DNA from: a virus
Taxonomy: Duplodnaviria; Caudoviricetes
Strand: one strand, 5' to 3'
DNA: 64,000 nt
IMG/VR virus record: IMGVR_UViG_3300029288_000134
Span: 1 to 64,000 of that record
Shown one piece after another: positions 27,191-36,524 of this stretch; position 1 is the stretch's first letter; the number at the start of each line of letters is the position of its first letter. The notes beneath the pieces were generated by a model that saw nothing but the letters and a program-made list of their open reading frames with translations, was not told the DNA's origin and did not search any database. The translations under genes were made by a program, and so were the position numbers.

Positions 27191-30100
27191 TTAGCATTCC
27201 GTGTATCCACAGCCACTATTCATACATCGCCGACATCCTTCTGCTCGGACAAGGGTCGCTTGGCCGCATTGAGGGCAAATATCCCTGTTGCTATGATATT
27301 CAGAGATACTTACTCCTTGCGACATTATACTTTTAGCAAACTCATCAAATTCTTTTGCGTTAAGTTGTTTGTCTCTGCCCTTTATCTTTACCCAAGAATC
27401 ATTCTCTGTATATCGCTTTATATATTCACCAAACGACTCTCCGTTCAATTCTTCTGCTGGTTCATCTATCCACGTAATGGTTGGTCCATCATCTTCGTCT
27501 GGGTATTCGTAGCGCCTAAGTGCTTGGCTTATTGCATCTGGCACTGAGCCTACTTTGTCTGATCCAAAACCAAACGATGTTCTACCACCTATATCCCTCA
27601 ACTGGTCTATTACCTTAACAACCTTTTCCGAGCTATCTCCTGGTACTAGTCTGAAGATAAGGCTTATAAGTCTACCAATCGCTTCCGCCATTGCCGAAAT
27701 ATCACTACCGCCCTTGCCCACGTTTACAAATACTTCATAAGGTTCTCCTTCTAGATCGTTGATTGTTACAAAGACAGTGCCTAGCGCAGTTTCTACTCGA
27801 TGCGTTTCACCATCAAGAACTGGTATACGCGAGCGCTTTGGAGTCTGATTACCTGCGATAGATGCATCATTGATTGATGGCCCAACTTCGCCAGAGAATA
27901 TTGGATACTCATTCATTGGCATTCCTCTCAGTTTGTCTTCTTCCGGCAAGATACCTACATTTAACTTTGTGCCGTTATCGAATGCAATCTCGAATTTCTT
28001 ATCCACTAAGTCGATACTGAATGGTATAACAGTTTCCTTTTCTTGTTCTGTTTTCTTGGTTTCTAGAACTACTTTGTCCCGAGATCCTTGACGATACACC
28101 GTAAGTCCCTTACACTCGCTTTTCCAGGCTTGCATAAACCCATTGTAAATATCTTGCTCTGTTGCAGAATTAGGGAAATTGATTGTTTTGCTAATAGCAC
28201 CGTCTACGTTTGATTGCAGGACTGCTTGCATCTTAATGTGATCTTCTGCGCTGATGTCGCTTGCCACTACGAAAACTTCTTTGATTTTGTCAGGTAATTC
28301 TGGTATATCTTGACAACTTCCAGTTTCCGCAACTTGTTTTAGTATTCGACTTCGTATTGGATCATATATTCCCGCCTCTGTCAATGCTTGTTCGAACAAA
28401 GGACTACCGACCACCATTTCGATTTCTTTGTCACCGTCCACCATCTTTCGAGTATATGCGAGCGCAAACACGGGTTCACATCCATATCCTTCACACCCAG
28501 ATACCGTTGCGATTGACCCGGTAGGTGCTATGCTTAACCGACATGAATTTCGTATTCCTTCTACACTGTCCTCGTAGGTGCTGCCAATGAACGCAGGGAA
28601 CGAGCCTCGTGCTATTGCAAGTTTTACACTTTCTACATACGCTACGTTATCAATATGTCCCATTACCGTATCTACAATGTTCCTAGCTTCATGAGTATCG
28701 TACCCTAGCCTCAGCATATATAGCATATCAGCCAATCCCATTATTCCTAGTCCAACACGCCTAGTTTTCTTGGCAGCTTCCTCAAGCTCGGGAAGAACGT
28801 ATCCGTTGGCATCTATGACATTATCCAGAAAGTGTATACCCGATTTTACAACTTCACTTAAATGCTGCCAGTCGATTCTATTGAATGGTTCTTCATCGTG
28901 ATCTGGATCCGGTAGTACAAACTTGCTTAGATTGATGGAGCCTAGACAGCATGATTCTTTGGGTCCGAGTGGCTGTTCTCCACAATTTCGGTGTATTATA
29001 CCAGTCATTCTTGGTTTATTAGTATATCTCGTGGCGCGAGAGTTAATTATACATGCATAGTTGTGATAATCGTCTACGGTTATATTGTACACATCTTCTT
29101 GCCCACATGATTTAACTGATACTACTCTAAGGCACGAGCACTCGACCTCGATAAAATTATCGCGCTTGTTACTAAATGACAACAATTCGTTTCCTGATAC
29201 TAGTTCTGAAACGGGTTCGTATGACCCATAATATGTCATTACTTTGTGATCGGGTGTTGCTCTGAAAGATGATCCATCGTCTAGCGTTACTTTGTATACT
29301 TCTACGTTCGTCCTGGTCTTACGCGGGTTCCTGCCTGTGCGAATCGTCATTCCACCTGGGCCGTAACAGTATACCGGGACATCGTTTCCCTCTTCGGCTA
29401 GTTGCTTTATTGATACGGCTGAACGGCCATCCGCTGTTGCTATTAGCGTGTCGCCTGTGATGCATGGGTTAGTTGCCACGATGTCGTACAAATGCGGTAC
29501 TGGATTGTACCTATTTATTGCATCTAGGAATATTACCCCAGGCTCCCCGTTTTTCCAGGCGCGTGACACGATCTCGTCATATAACTCTCTTGCCCGGATC
29601 GTTTTGTTCGTATCTCCCGTGCGAGGATTTATTAGATCCCAATCAAGGTTATTTTGTACTGCACTCATAAATTCGTCAGTGATTCCAACAGATAGATTGA
29701 AGTTCGTGATCGACCCTTCTTTTTCTTTCAACCTAATGAACTCAAAAATGTCTGGGTGGTCGCACCTGAGTAGGCCCATGCACGCTCCACGCCTAGAATT
29801 ATGCACTACCATTCCATTCGCTGTATAGCTATGTGTATTTTCTACTTCTAGATCTAGCGTGAGTTGTTTTCCACTATCGGTTATATTATTTACCTGTGTG
29901 AACCATAGATTGTTTACGGGCTTCGCATATGCCTTGAATATATCATATTCACTATGCAGATTGTTGTATGCTGATAAAGTCAGGTTCCTGTCTCCGCGTG
30001 TGTAACGCAATAATTTTTTACGTAGCACGGGGTCGGTTGTGTTATTTAGAACATCGCTTACCCAGTATTCTGCGTTTGGTAGATTGTATACCGATTCTCT

Positions 30101-31579
30101 ATTTGTGTCTGGCGTAAACTCTCTACATTTCATAAACCTTGATCTGTAGTCGCAAAATACCTGGCTATTCCACGCATCGAGTCCGATACTAGATACTACC
30201 TTGACTTCGTACATTTGCGCGTTTCCATGTTTGTTGCCGCTTGCCTCAACTTCTCGTAGGTTTATAGGGCACCCAATACTGATCAATATTATTGCTATCT
30301 CGTTCGCTAGTGTTTTAGATGCTGTTGATAGTGCAGGGTATCCATGCCTTACTGCCCCATCCGCTTCAAATAGTCCACATAGATACGGTGCGATCATGTA
30401 GGGTGTTTGCCGTATCAATTTTGGAACGCTGGCATTTATACTAGTGGATTTTCCAAGTCCATTCATTAACAAGAACTCTTTAACGGCACGATTATGGATT
30501 ACAAGCGTTATTGATTTATCGTCCTTCTTTTGCTGTACCAGTGATGTTACCCCAAACAGTCGCTCTATAATCAATGGCATTTCTGTTATCAAATACGATT
30601 TGTGTGGTATGGATACGCCAACTCGATAATCTGTATCTCGTGATGCCACGAAGCCGTTTCCGGTAAGATACCCTAAAAAGAATGCAAATTCTGCGGTAAT
30701 ACGTTCTGGGAACGTTGGCCACTTTTGGTTGCCATGATAAGGTTGTGGATAAGCAAGTTGATAATCTGGATATTCGGACTGCATTCCACCCAACTTCATA
30801 ACTACCCAATCTCCAGACTCAAGTTTGTCTATCCTTCTCCATATCATGCCATCGTCGGTCATGCACAGAATCTTGTGCTCGGGCGTACCACAAATGGATA
30901 GACCGCACTCTGTTGTTACTTTGAGCGTGCCACTTATTCCATTGTTGTATCCTTGAGGCGATGACTGTATTTCGTCTTGTGTGCTTACATAGAGCAGGCT
31001 AATATCTTGCCAGCCAGAAGTTTCGGCATCTACTATTTCGTCAATGTATAGCAACCCACTGCTGGTAGCAACGAGTGAATCGGTCGAGACACAACCTCCC
31101 TGGGAAATCTCCCCAAACGCTTTATCGTACACTTTGATAAAGCCACATGGACCCGTTGACTTTCCCATGCTCGAATTTACTAGATCGTCTTTTGGTCGTA
31201 GACTAGAAAAGTCGAATCCTACACCGCCGCCAGTCTGCTGAATCAGCGCTGCATTTCTGAGCGTTCCAAAGATACTGTCTTTCCCCTTTCCAAGATCGTC
31301 TGAGATCGGCAAAACGAAACAAGCTGATAGATTGCCTAATGGCGTGCCCGCGCCAGTAAACGTAGGTGAGTTTGGTAAGAATTCTAGACTCGTCATGATG
31401 TCATAGAATTCTTGGATTGCTGGTTCTGGATCTTCTCCATAATTCTTGTCTACTTCGCCTACGGTACGAGCTACTCTCCAAAACATTCCGTCGATTGTCT
31501 CGATTGGTTTGCCATCTTCTCCGCGACGAAGATAACGTTTGGTTATAACGGTCTTGGCATTATCGGTTAGATTTAACAT
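27191..31579 (-). CDS. nrdJ: Class II (B12-dependent) ribonucleotide reductase with two inteins
   Basis: NSPT...ACFVL, GGGVG.DFS.LRP, QGG|SRRGA, GEPG, TNP|CGEQ, APTGS; C-terminal TSCPD-like and Zn-finger region. Confidence 0.95.
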   Translation of the reverse strand: MLNLTDNAKTVITKRYLRRGEDGKPIETIDGMFWRVARTVGEVDKNYGEDPEPAIQEFYDIMTSLEFLPNSPTFTGAGTPLGNLSACFVLPISDDLGKGKDSIFGTLRNAALIQQTGGGVGFDFSSLRPKDDLVNSSMGKSTGPCGFIKVYDKAFGEISQGGCVSTDSLVATSSGLLYIDEIVDAETSGWQDISLLYVSTQDEIQSSPQGYNNGISGTLKVTTECGLSICGTPEHKILCMTDDGMIWRRIDKLESGDWVVMKLGGMQSEYPDYQLAYPQPYHGNQKWPTFPERITAEFAFFLGYLTGNGFVASRDTDYRVGVSIPHKSYLITEMPLIIERLFGVTSLVQQKKDDKSITLVIHNRAVKEFLLMNGLGKSTSINASVPKLIRQTPYMIAPYLCGLFEADGAVRHGYPALSTASKTLANEIAIILISIGCPINLREVEASGNKHGNAQMYEVKVVSSIGLDAWNSQVFCDYRSRFMKCREFTPDTNRESVYNLPNAEYWVSDVLNNTTDPVLRKKLLRYTRGDRNLTLSAYNNLHSEYDIFKAYAKPVNNLWFTQVNNITDSGKQLTLDLEVENTHSYTANGMVVHNSRRGACMGLLRCDHPDIFEFIRLKEKEGSITNFNLSVGITDEFMSAVQNNLDWDLINPRTGDTNKTIRARELYDEIVSRAWKNGEPGVIFLDAINRYNPVPHLYDIVATNPCITGDTLIATADGRSAVSIKQLAEEGNDVPVYCYGPGGMTIRTGRNPRKTRTNVEVYKVTLDDGSSFRATPDHKVMTYYGSYEPVSELVSGNELLSFSNKRDNFIEVECSCLRVVSVKSCGQEDVYNITVDDYHNYACIINSRATRYTNKPRMTGIIHRNCGEQPLGPKESCCLGSINLSKFVLPDPDHDEEPFNRIDWQHLSEVVKSGIHFLDNVIDANGYVLPELEEAAKKTRRVGLGIMGLADMLYMLRLGYDTHEARNIVDTVMGHIDNVAYVESVKLAIARGSFPAFIGSTYEDSVEGIRNSCRLSIAPTGSIATVSGCEGYGCEPVFALAYTRKMVDGDKEIEMVVGSPLFEQALTEAGIYDPIRSRILKQVAETGSCQDIPELPDKIKEVFVVASDISAEDHIKMQAVLQSNVDGAISKTINFPNSATEQDIYNGFMQAWKSECKGLTVYRQGSRDKVVLETKKTEQEKETVIPFSIDLVDKKFEIAFDNGTKLNVGILPEEDKLRGMPMNEYPIFSGEVGPSINDASIAGNQTPKRSRIPVLDGETHRVETALGTVFVTINDLEGEPYEVFVNVGKGGSDISAMAEAIGRLISLIFRLVPGDSSEKVVKVIDQLRDIGGRTSFGFGSDKVGSVPDAISQALRRYEYPDEDDGPTITWIDEPAEELNGESFGEYIKRYTENDSWVKIKGRDKQLNAKEFDEFAKSIMSQGVSISEYHSNRDICPQCGQATLVRAEGCRRCMNSGCGYTEC
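28985..29464 (-). mobile_element. Mini-intein (160 aa) at the catalytic TNP|CGEQ site
   Basis: CITGDTLIAT...RATPDHKV...DVYNITVDDYHNY...IIHRN|C; no endonuclease motif. Confidence 0.9.
29798..31093 (-). mobile_element. Intein (432 aa) with LAGLIDADG endonuclease at QGG|SRRGA
   Basis: CVSTDSLVAT...TPEH; AFFLGYLTGNG and YLCGLFEADG; ends VVHN|S. Confidence 0.92.
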
Positions 31580-31723
31580 TACTTACCCTTCCTATCATTT
31601 CGTTCTTCTCTTGACTTGTCTAGCTCGTGTTGTATTTCCTGGCGAGATTCTTCTACTCGCCGTTGTGTTTCCTCGCGAGTTTCCTTAACGCGCTTTTGCA
31701 GTTCTTCTTCGAACTCCGTATTT

Positions 31724-31924
31724 TTATTCTGGCTCATTTTCTTCCTCTTTTATAGCTACTAGCCGTGAATGTGGCACTATAATCTTGTGCAACATAACAT
31801 TTCCAGTAAGCCTTATCTGATACTTCTTGTTAGACAGTATTCTTGATATTGTTCCAGACATATTGCTGTATAGACTACCGTCGTCTTTTACTTTTACCTT
31901 GTCGCCTACATTGAAATTTGCCAT
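31724..31924 (-). CDS. Small KOW/SH3-like protein
   Basis: FNVGDKVKVK...GTISRI. Confidence 0.5.
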   Translation of the reverse strand: MANFNVGDKVKVKDDGSLYSNMSGTISRILSNKKYQIRLTGNVMLHKIIVPHSRLVAIKEEENEPE

Positions 31925-32679
31925 TACTCTGCATACTCCACATTATCCCAATCGTTTTCTAGGACATAGTATGTTCTTACAGATAGAGTTGGGACTTTTT
32001 CTGCCAGTTGATAATAATACTTCTTCCCTGCACCTGCATTATATACCTGTTCGTTTCCTGTCGGGATATACCCATCTTCGATTATTCTTTTTAGCAATGC
32101 CGCGCTTGGATTGACAAAAAGACATCTTGAGTCAATGCCGAGTGTCAGCATTTTATAGTTTATCGCAATGCTATCTTTTGTCTTGGCCTTTACCTTTTCC
32201 CTGAACCAGTCCATATTAATCCCTTCAGGGAAAACCGGATCATGTCGTCTAGATGGGTCAATCTCTCCGTGTCCTACAACGTTATCTACATTTATCCCGA
32301 GCCTAATACATGCCTCCGCTACTCGCTCGATACCGATATTTATTACGTCTCCAGGAACAACACTGTTACTTTCTTGATAAAGCTCAATCCCCCAAGTTGA
32401 TTCATTGGCGTCAACTGGATCAATCCCTGGCAAGTTTACTGTTGCTGATTCGCAATGATGTGCTGCGAGTTCGTCACGCACCATACGATATACTTTTCTT
32501 CCCGGAAGAACTAGCTCGTGTACGCTTACCTTTGGGCTGTTTGGCCCCGCAAGGTATTTCGCTGTATCGTATGGGTTACCATCAGGTGCGGATGCGGTAG
32601 AATGCACTACTATGTATTTTATTTTTCTACCGCGCCTGGGACTGTTGTGAGAACTCCAAAAATCAATTATTTCCGTCAT
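31924..32679 (-). CDS. N-acetylmuramoyl-L-alanine amidase (Amidase_2; putative endolysin)
   Basis: YIVVHSTA, AHH, GIEL, VVGHGEIDPSRRHDP; SD AAGGAG before ATG 32679. Confidence 0.85.
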   Translation of the reverse strand: MTEIIDFWSSHNSPRRGRKIKYIVVHSTASAPDGNPYDTAKYLAGPNSPKVSVHELVLPGRKVYRMVRDELAAHHCESATVNLPGIDPVDANESTWGIELYQESNSVVPGDVINIGIERVAEACIRLGINVDNVVGHGEIDPSRRHDPVFPEGINMDWFREKVKAKTKDSIAINYKMLTLGIDSRCLFVNPSAALLKRIIEDGYIPTGNEQVYNAGAGKKYYYQLAEKVPTLSVRTYYVLENDWDNVEYAE

Positions 32680-33080
32680 TTCGTCTCCTTTTCTCGCATG
32701 AGCCAGTATGCAACATAGTTTTGATCTAATTCGTCTATGCCAATAAATCTCCACCCATCAGATCCAACTTCGTTCAATGCACGTTCTCGATTTCCAAAGG
32801 GATTATCTTTCCTGGATATATAGTACGTGTATTCGTATTCCTTTAGACCATTTTCAGAGCAACAAATCCCAGTTGTTACTGGGCCTATGCTTGATTCGTC
32901 TTCGTCGCGATAACGGCGTTCTATATTATCGGCTTCTAGTCTCTTTGCAATTTGTTCAATGAGTTCTGGTTTGTTATGGGCAACTGAGCTAGACATGTGA
33001 GTTATGCCTACCAACGATACGATAGATTCTGAAATGATATACCCATTATCCACTTCTTCTACCGTGAATGTTGTCTTCAT
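32676..33080 (-). CDS. Hypothetical protein
   Basis: ATGA overlaps. Confidence 0.6.
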   Translation of the reverse strand: MKTTFTVEEVDNGYIISESIVSLVGITHMSSSVAHNKPELIEQIAKRLEADNIERRYRDEDESSIGPVTTGICCSENGLKEYEYTYYISRKDNPFGNRERALNEVGSDGWRFIGIDELDQNYVAYWLMREKETK

Positions 33081-33478
33081 TTTGTCTCCTTTTCTTGCAC
33101 AGATTCATTAGGAAACCAATTTGGCATCGTGTCTTTTGCACCAGTAAGTCTCCATTTATCAGACTCAAGTGTATTTAGCGCGTTCAGTAATTCATGAAAA
33201 GATTTCTCTGTTATTGGAAGGAAATACGTGTGATCGTATTCGTGTTTCTTTGACAATGATGCTGTCGCGACAACAATAAACTCGTCATCATTGTTTTCAA
33301 CGTCAGAATCAATATCTATATTTTTTCCTTCAAGATACTTGATAAGTGCCGTTACAAGCTCTTGATCTGTTTCGAATCTCTCTCTATTATTGATAGTAGT
33401 GTCCCATGCCTGACCTAACGTAGTTTCATATAAGGTATACCTGCCTTTTGCTTTGTCTATTACAAACGCTGTTTTCAT
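33077..33478 (-). CDS. Hypothetical protein
   Basis: ATGA overlap with the tmk stop. Confidence 0.6.
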   Translation of the reverse strand: MKTAFVIDKAKGRYTLYETTLGQAWDTTINNRERFETDQELVTALIKYLEGKNIDIDSDVENNDDEFIVVATASLSKKHEYDHTYFLPITEKSFHELLNALNTLESDKWRLTGAKDTMPNWFPNESVQEKETK

Positions 33479-34197
33479 TTTGTCTCCTTTGGCAAAAGCC
33501 ATTCTGGTCCAAATTTGTGTAAGTAAGATAGAATATACTCAACTGCGTTATCTACCGTAATGTTGTGACTAGGATCTACCGTAAATATATCCTCTCCTTT
33601 TCCGATGAGAAATTCGAGTGCTTTCCTGTACCTAATTATCATATCATCATAATGAAACGATGACTCAAGGCGATCCTCTAGTAAAATCCCAAAAGTGAGC
33701 ATGTGCTTTTTTCGCTTGTCTATGGCCTCATTTATTTGCTCGCGGGTACGATACAAGACAAAGGTCATATTCGGTTGTATTGCATCCTGATTCATTTCAT
33801 AGATTTCTTCCATTGATAGGTTCTCGCCACTCTGGTAAGCCAGTGATGACATGATGTAGCGGTCACATATAACAATTGATGTTCTGTTTCTATTGGCGTC
33901 ATGTCCCAAACTCGGCATAATCATTTCTGTGCAATGCACAAGTCTATTTGTCGCAAATATCACGGCTTGTGTATGACCTGATACAACTAACTTGCCTTCT
34001 CGTATTAATTGTATTAGATTGTACGAGCCATCAATCTCAAACTCACGCCCATCATAAGGTTCTTTGGTAAGATATACGCGATTTCTATGCTTCCTTTCTA
34101 ATTTTTTCCATAATGCTCGGGATACTTCTGTTTTTCCTACACCATCCATTCCCTCTATTACTATGAAAAATGCCTTGTTTGGATCTACCGTTTCCAT
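33475..34197 (-). CDS. tmk: Thymidylate kinase
   Basis: FIVIEGMDGVGKT, TKEP, ICDRYIMSSLAYQ, QPNMTFVL. Confidence 0.9.
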   Translation of the reverse strand: METVDPNKAFFIVIEGMDGVGKTEVSRALWKKLERKHRNRVYLTKEPYDGREFEIDGSYNLIQLIREGKLVVSGHTQAVIFATNRLVHCTEMIMPSLGHDANRNRTSIVICDRYIMSSLAYQSGENLSMEEIYEMNQDAIQPNMTFVLYRTREQINEAIDKRKKHMLTFGILLEDRLESSFHYDDMIIRYRKALEFLIGKGEDIFTVDPSHNITVDNAVEYILSYLHKFGPEWLLPKETK

Positions 34198-34727
34198 TAT
34201 GCAATCATCCCTTCGTTGCTTTTTGTAACAGTTACGTTTCCATACTCATCAACGGTTATAGCTATAAAATTATCACGCTTTGACCAATAATACAAAATGT
34301 ATAACAACAAGCCAATCCCGCTGATGGTAAGTATACTTGCCCATATACAAGAAAATCTGCGCTCCCTTTTCATGAATAACGTGAAATCATCCACCTGACT
34401 AGTAACTTCGTACCCCTGGTCGATATACGCAAGCATACAGTCAATTAGAATATCCATTCGCTCCCTTGCTTGTAACGGCACACTCAATTTCGAGCCAGTG
34501 CGCATTTCTGATTGCCGAAGATACTTCCCGGAAATGACATCGTGCGCGTATGCACTTAATATACATATTACTGCGGCTGCGCAAGTAATATAGACTAACA
34601 AACTAGCAGGAACGTATAATGATTCGACAATACACGCTCCTAACAATGCGAATCCGATTGTGTACATCAATCTACTACCATAGAGATACTTCTTGAGGTA
34701 ATTCCAGACCATGCGAGGTTCAATCAT
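34197..34727 (-). CDS. Multi-pass membrane protein
   Basis: Three hydrophobic segments; SD AGGGAG before ATG 34727. Confidence 0.6.
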   Translation of the reverse strand: MIEPRMVWNYLKKYLYGSRLMYTIGFALLGACIVESLYVPASLLVYITCAAAVICILSAYAHDVISGKYLRQSEMRTGSKLSVPLQARERMDILIDCMLAYIDQGYEVTSQVDDFTLFMKRERRFSCIWASILTISGIGLLLYILYYWSKRDNFIAITVDEYGNVTVTKSNEGMIA

Positions 34728-34839
34728 TATGCTCTCCCTTGCTATCAATGAAATAAGAATGCAAACATGAGGAAACTGGGCCGCCAGTTTATGAATTGCA
34801 TTCTTATTTCAAGGTGCATTATTTGATTTGATTGTGCTC

Positions 34840-34868
34840 ATTATACCAGATTCACGGAGATAAGTCAA
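34840..34868 (-). promoter_or_regulatory. Sigma70-type promoter (leftward of a divergent pair)
   Basis: TTGACT-17-TATAAT, TGG. Confidence 0.85.
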
Positions 34869-34872
34869 GTGT

Positions 34873-34901
34873 TTGACGTTTTCTATGTAACAGTATAGAA
34901 T
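34873..34901 (+). promoter_or_regulatory. Promoter for the terminase/structural operon
   Basis: TTGACG-17-TAGAAT. Confidence 0.7.
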
Positions 34902-34928
34902 GCTATCATCACATAATAAGAAGAATAG

Positions 34929-36524
34929 ATGCCATCACCGTTTAGTCTATCTATTGTTGATTCATTTTCAGAGCAAGAAGTAACCCGTTTAGCAGCTATG
35001 CTAAAGGTAGTTGACGACCCCTGGCATGGTGATGGCTGGTTGCCCCGAGATGATGGTTGGAAATATAACCCCTCTGCCCCTGTACTTGAGTTTTTAGAAA
35101 GCCCTGCTCGCTATACTCTTATTGCCGGTGCTCGTGGTTCTGGAAAAACTGCTGGCGGTGCGCAAAAGGCATTCAAGCGTATACGCAAGGGACTGGACGG
35201 AATCGTGCTTTCCCCTTCTATCCCTCACTTCAATACATCCACGCGAGAAGAATTTTGGAAATGGATTCCTTGGGACCACGTTGATCATCATTATAAAACA
35301 GATAAGATGATCGAGTTTGATACAGGTTCAAAAGTTTACTATGGTGGTATTGAGGACGAGGATAGATGGCGCGGTCCTAACGTCAATTGGCTATGGTTTG
35401 ACGAGGCTGCACGCAAGCCAGACAACAAGGCGTGGCTAGTCGCTATCGGTGGCGTGCGTGTTGGCGAAAATCCCGCTGCTTGGATTACCACTACTCCCAG
35501 AGGAAAGAACCACTGGATTTACAATATGTTCATCAAGCAAGAGGTTGATGAGGTTACGCGATCTCTTCTTGACGAGATAGGATTCAGTGGAAAACTTTAC
35601 GAGCATTTCTTTGTATCTATCTTTGACAATAAAGCTAATCTTGACCCCATGTTCCTTGCCTCAATGCTTAGTTCGTATACGGGCAAATTCAGAGAACAAG
35701 AAATCATGGGCAAGTTTGTTGACTTCAATGGCGAGATTATTAGCCGAGATGCATTTGGCGAGATTGATGCTAAAGAGATGCCTCCAGTAACTAGCAGGGT
35801 TAGATTCTGGGACTTGGCGGCAACAGAGAAAAAACAAGGTGGTTCAGAGGATCCTGACTGGCTCGCTGGCGGGAAAGTATCACGCACGGCCAACGGGGTA
35901 TTTTATATTGAGCATATTGAACATGCCCGACTTGATCCCGCTGATGTGGAAACTCGAATAAGGGGAATTGCCCTGAAGGATGGTATCAATACCGAGATAG
36001 GTTTCGAGCAAGAACCTGGTGCGTCTGGCAAGTCGATGGTAAGCGTATATGTTAGAATGCTTGCGGGATTATCAAAGAAAATCAGGGGATATAGATTGTC
36101 AGGAGATAGACTTGCGGCTGCAATGCCCTGGTTCAGTCAGGCTATGGCAGGGAATGTGAAAGTTGTTAAGGGTAAGTGGAATGAGCCGTTCTATGAAGAA
36201 TTAGAAAGTTTCCCTGCCGGAGCACACGACGACATGGTAACTTCTCTAAACGGTGCGTTCATGATGCTTTTCCCGAAATACCGTGAAGAGTTAAGGAAGT
36301 ATCAGGCAACGGGTGGCACAAGGACATTTATTGATAATCAGGGCGAAGATAGCCCGTATAAGCCCAGAATAAGACAACGAGGTTCTGTTCAGTCATCGGA
36401 GAGGATGGGTGCGCCCAGAGTCGCAGTTGACCGTACTGAAACTGATTGGCGGTTTTTTGTATCACGAAGAGCAAAGTTGCCGTTTGATCGCCTGTTTAAT
36501 AAGGGAGGCGAAAGGAATATATAA
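34929..36524 (+). CDS. terL: Terminase large subunit
   Basis: GARGSGKT, RGPNVNWLWFDEA, WITTTPRG, RFWDLA, HDDMVTS. Confidence 0.93.
   Translation: MPSPFSLSIVDSFSEQEVTRLAAMLKVVDDPWHGDGWLPRDDGWKYNPSAPVLEFLESPARYTLIAGARGSGKTAGGAQKAFKRIRKGLDGIVLSPSIPHFNTSTREEFWKWIPWDHVDHHYKTDKMIEFDTGSKVYYGGIEDEDRWRGPNVNWLWFDEAARKPDNKAWLVAIGGVRVGENPAAWITTTPRGKNHWIYNMFIKQEVDEVTRSLLDEIGFSGKLYEHFFVSIFDNKANLDPMFLASMLSSYTGKFREQEIMGKFVDFNGEIISRDAFGEIDAKEMPPVTSRVRFWDLAATEKKQGGSEDPDWLAGGKVSRTANGVFYIEHIEHARLDPADVETRIRGIALKDGINTEIGFEQEPGASGKSMVSVYVRMLAGLSKKIRGYRLSGDRLAAAMPWFSQAMAGNVKVVKGKWNEPFYEELESFPAGAHDDMVTSLNGAFMMLFPKYREELRKYQATGGTRTFIDNQGEDSPYKPRIRQRGSVQSSERMGAPRVAVDRTETDWRFFVSRRAKLPFDRLFNKGGERNI

Noticed and set aside
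34197-34727. Holin call for the 3-TM protein
   Set aside because: Not adjacent to the amidase and has a large soluble loop; no holin-specific feature.
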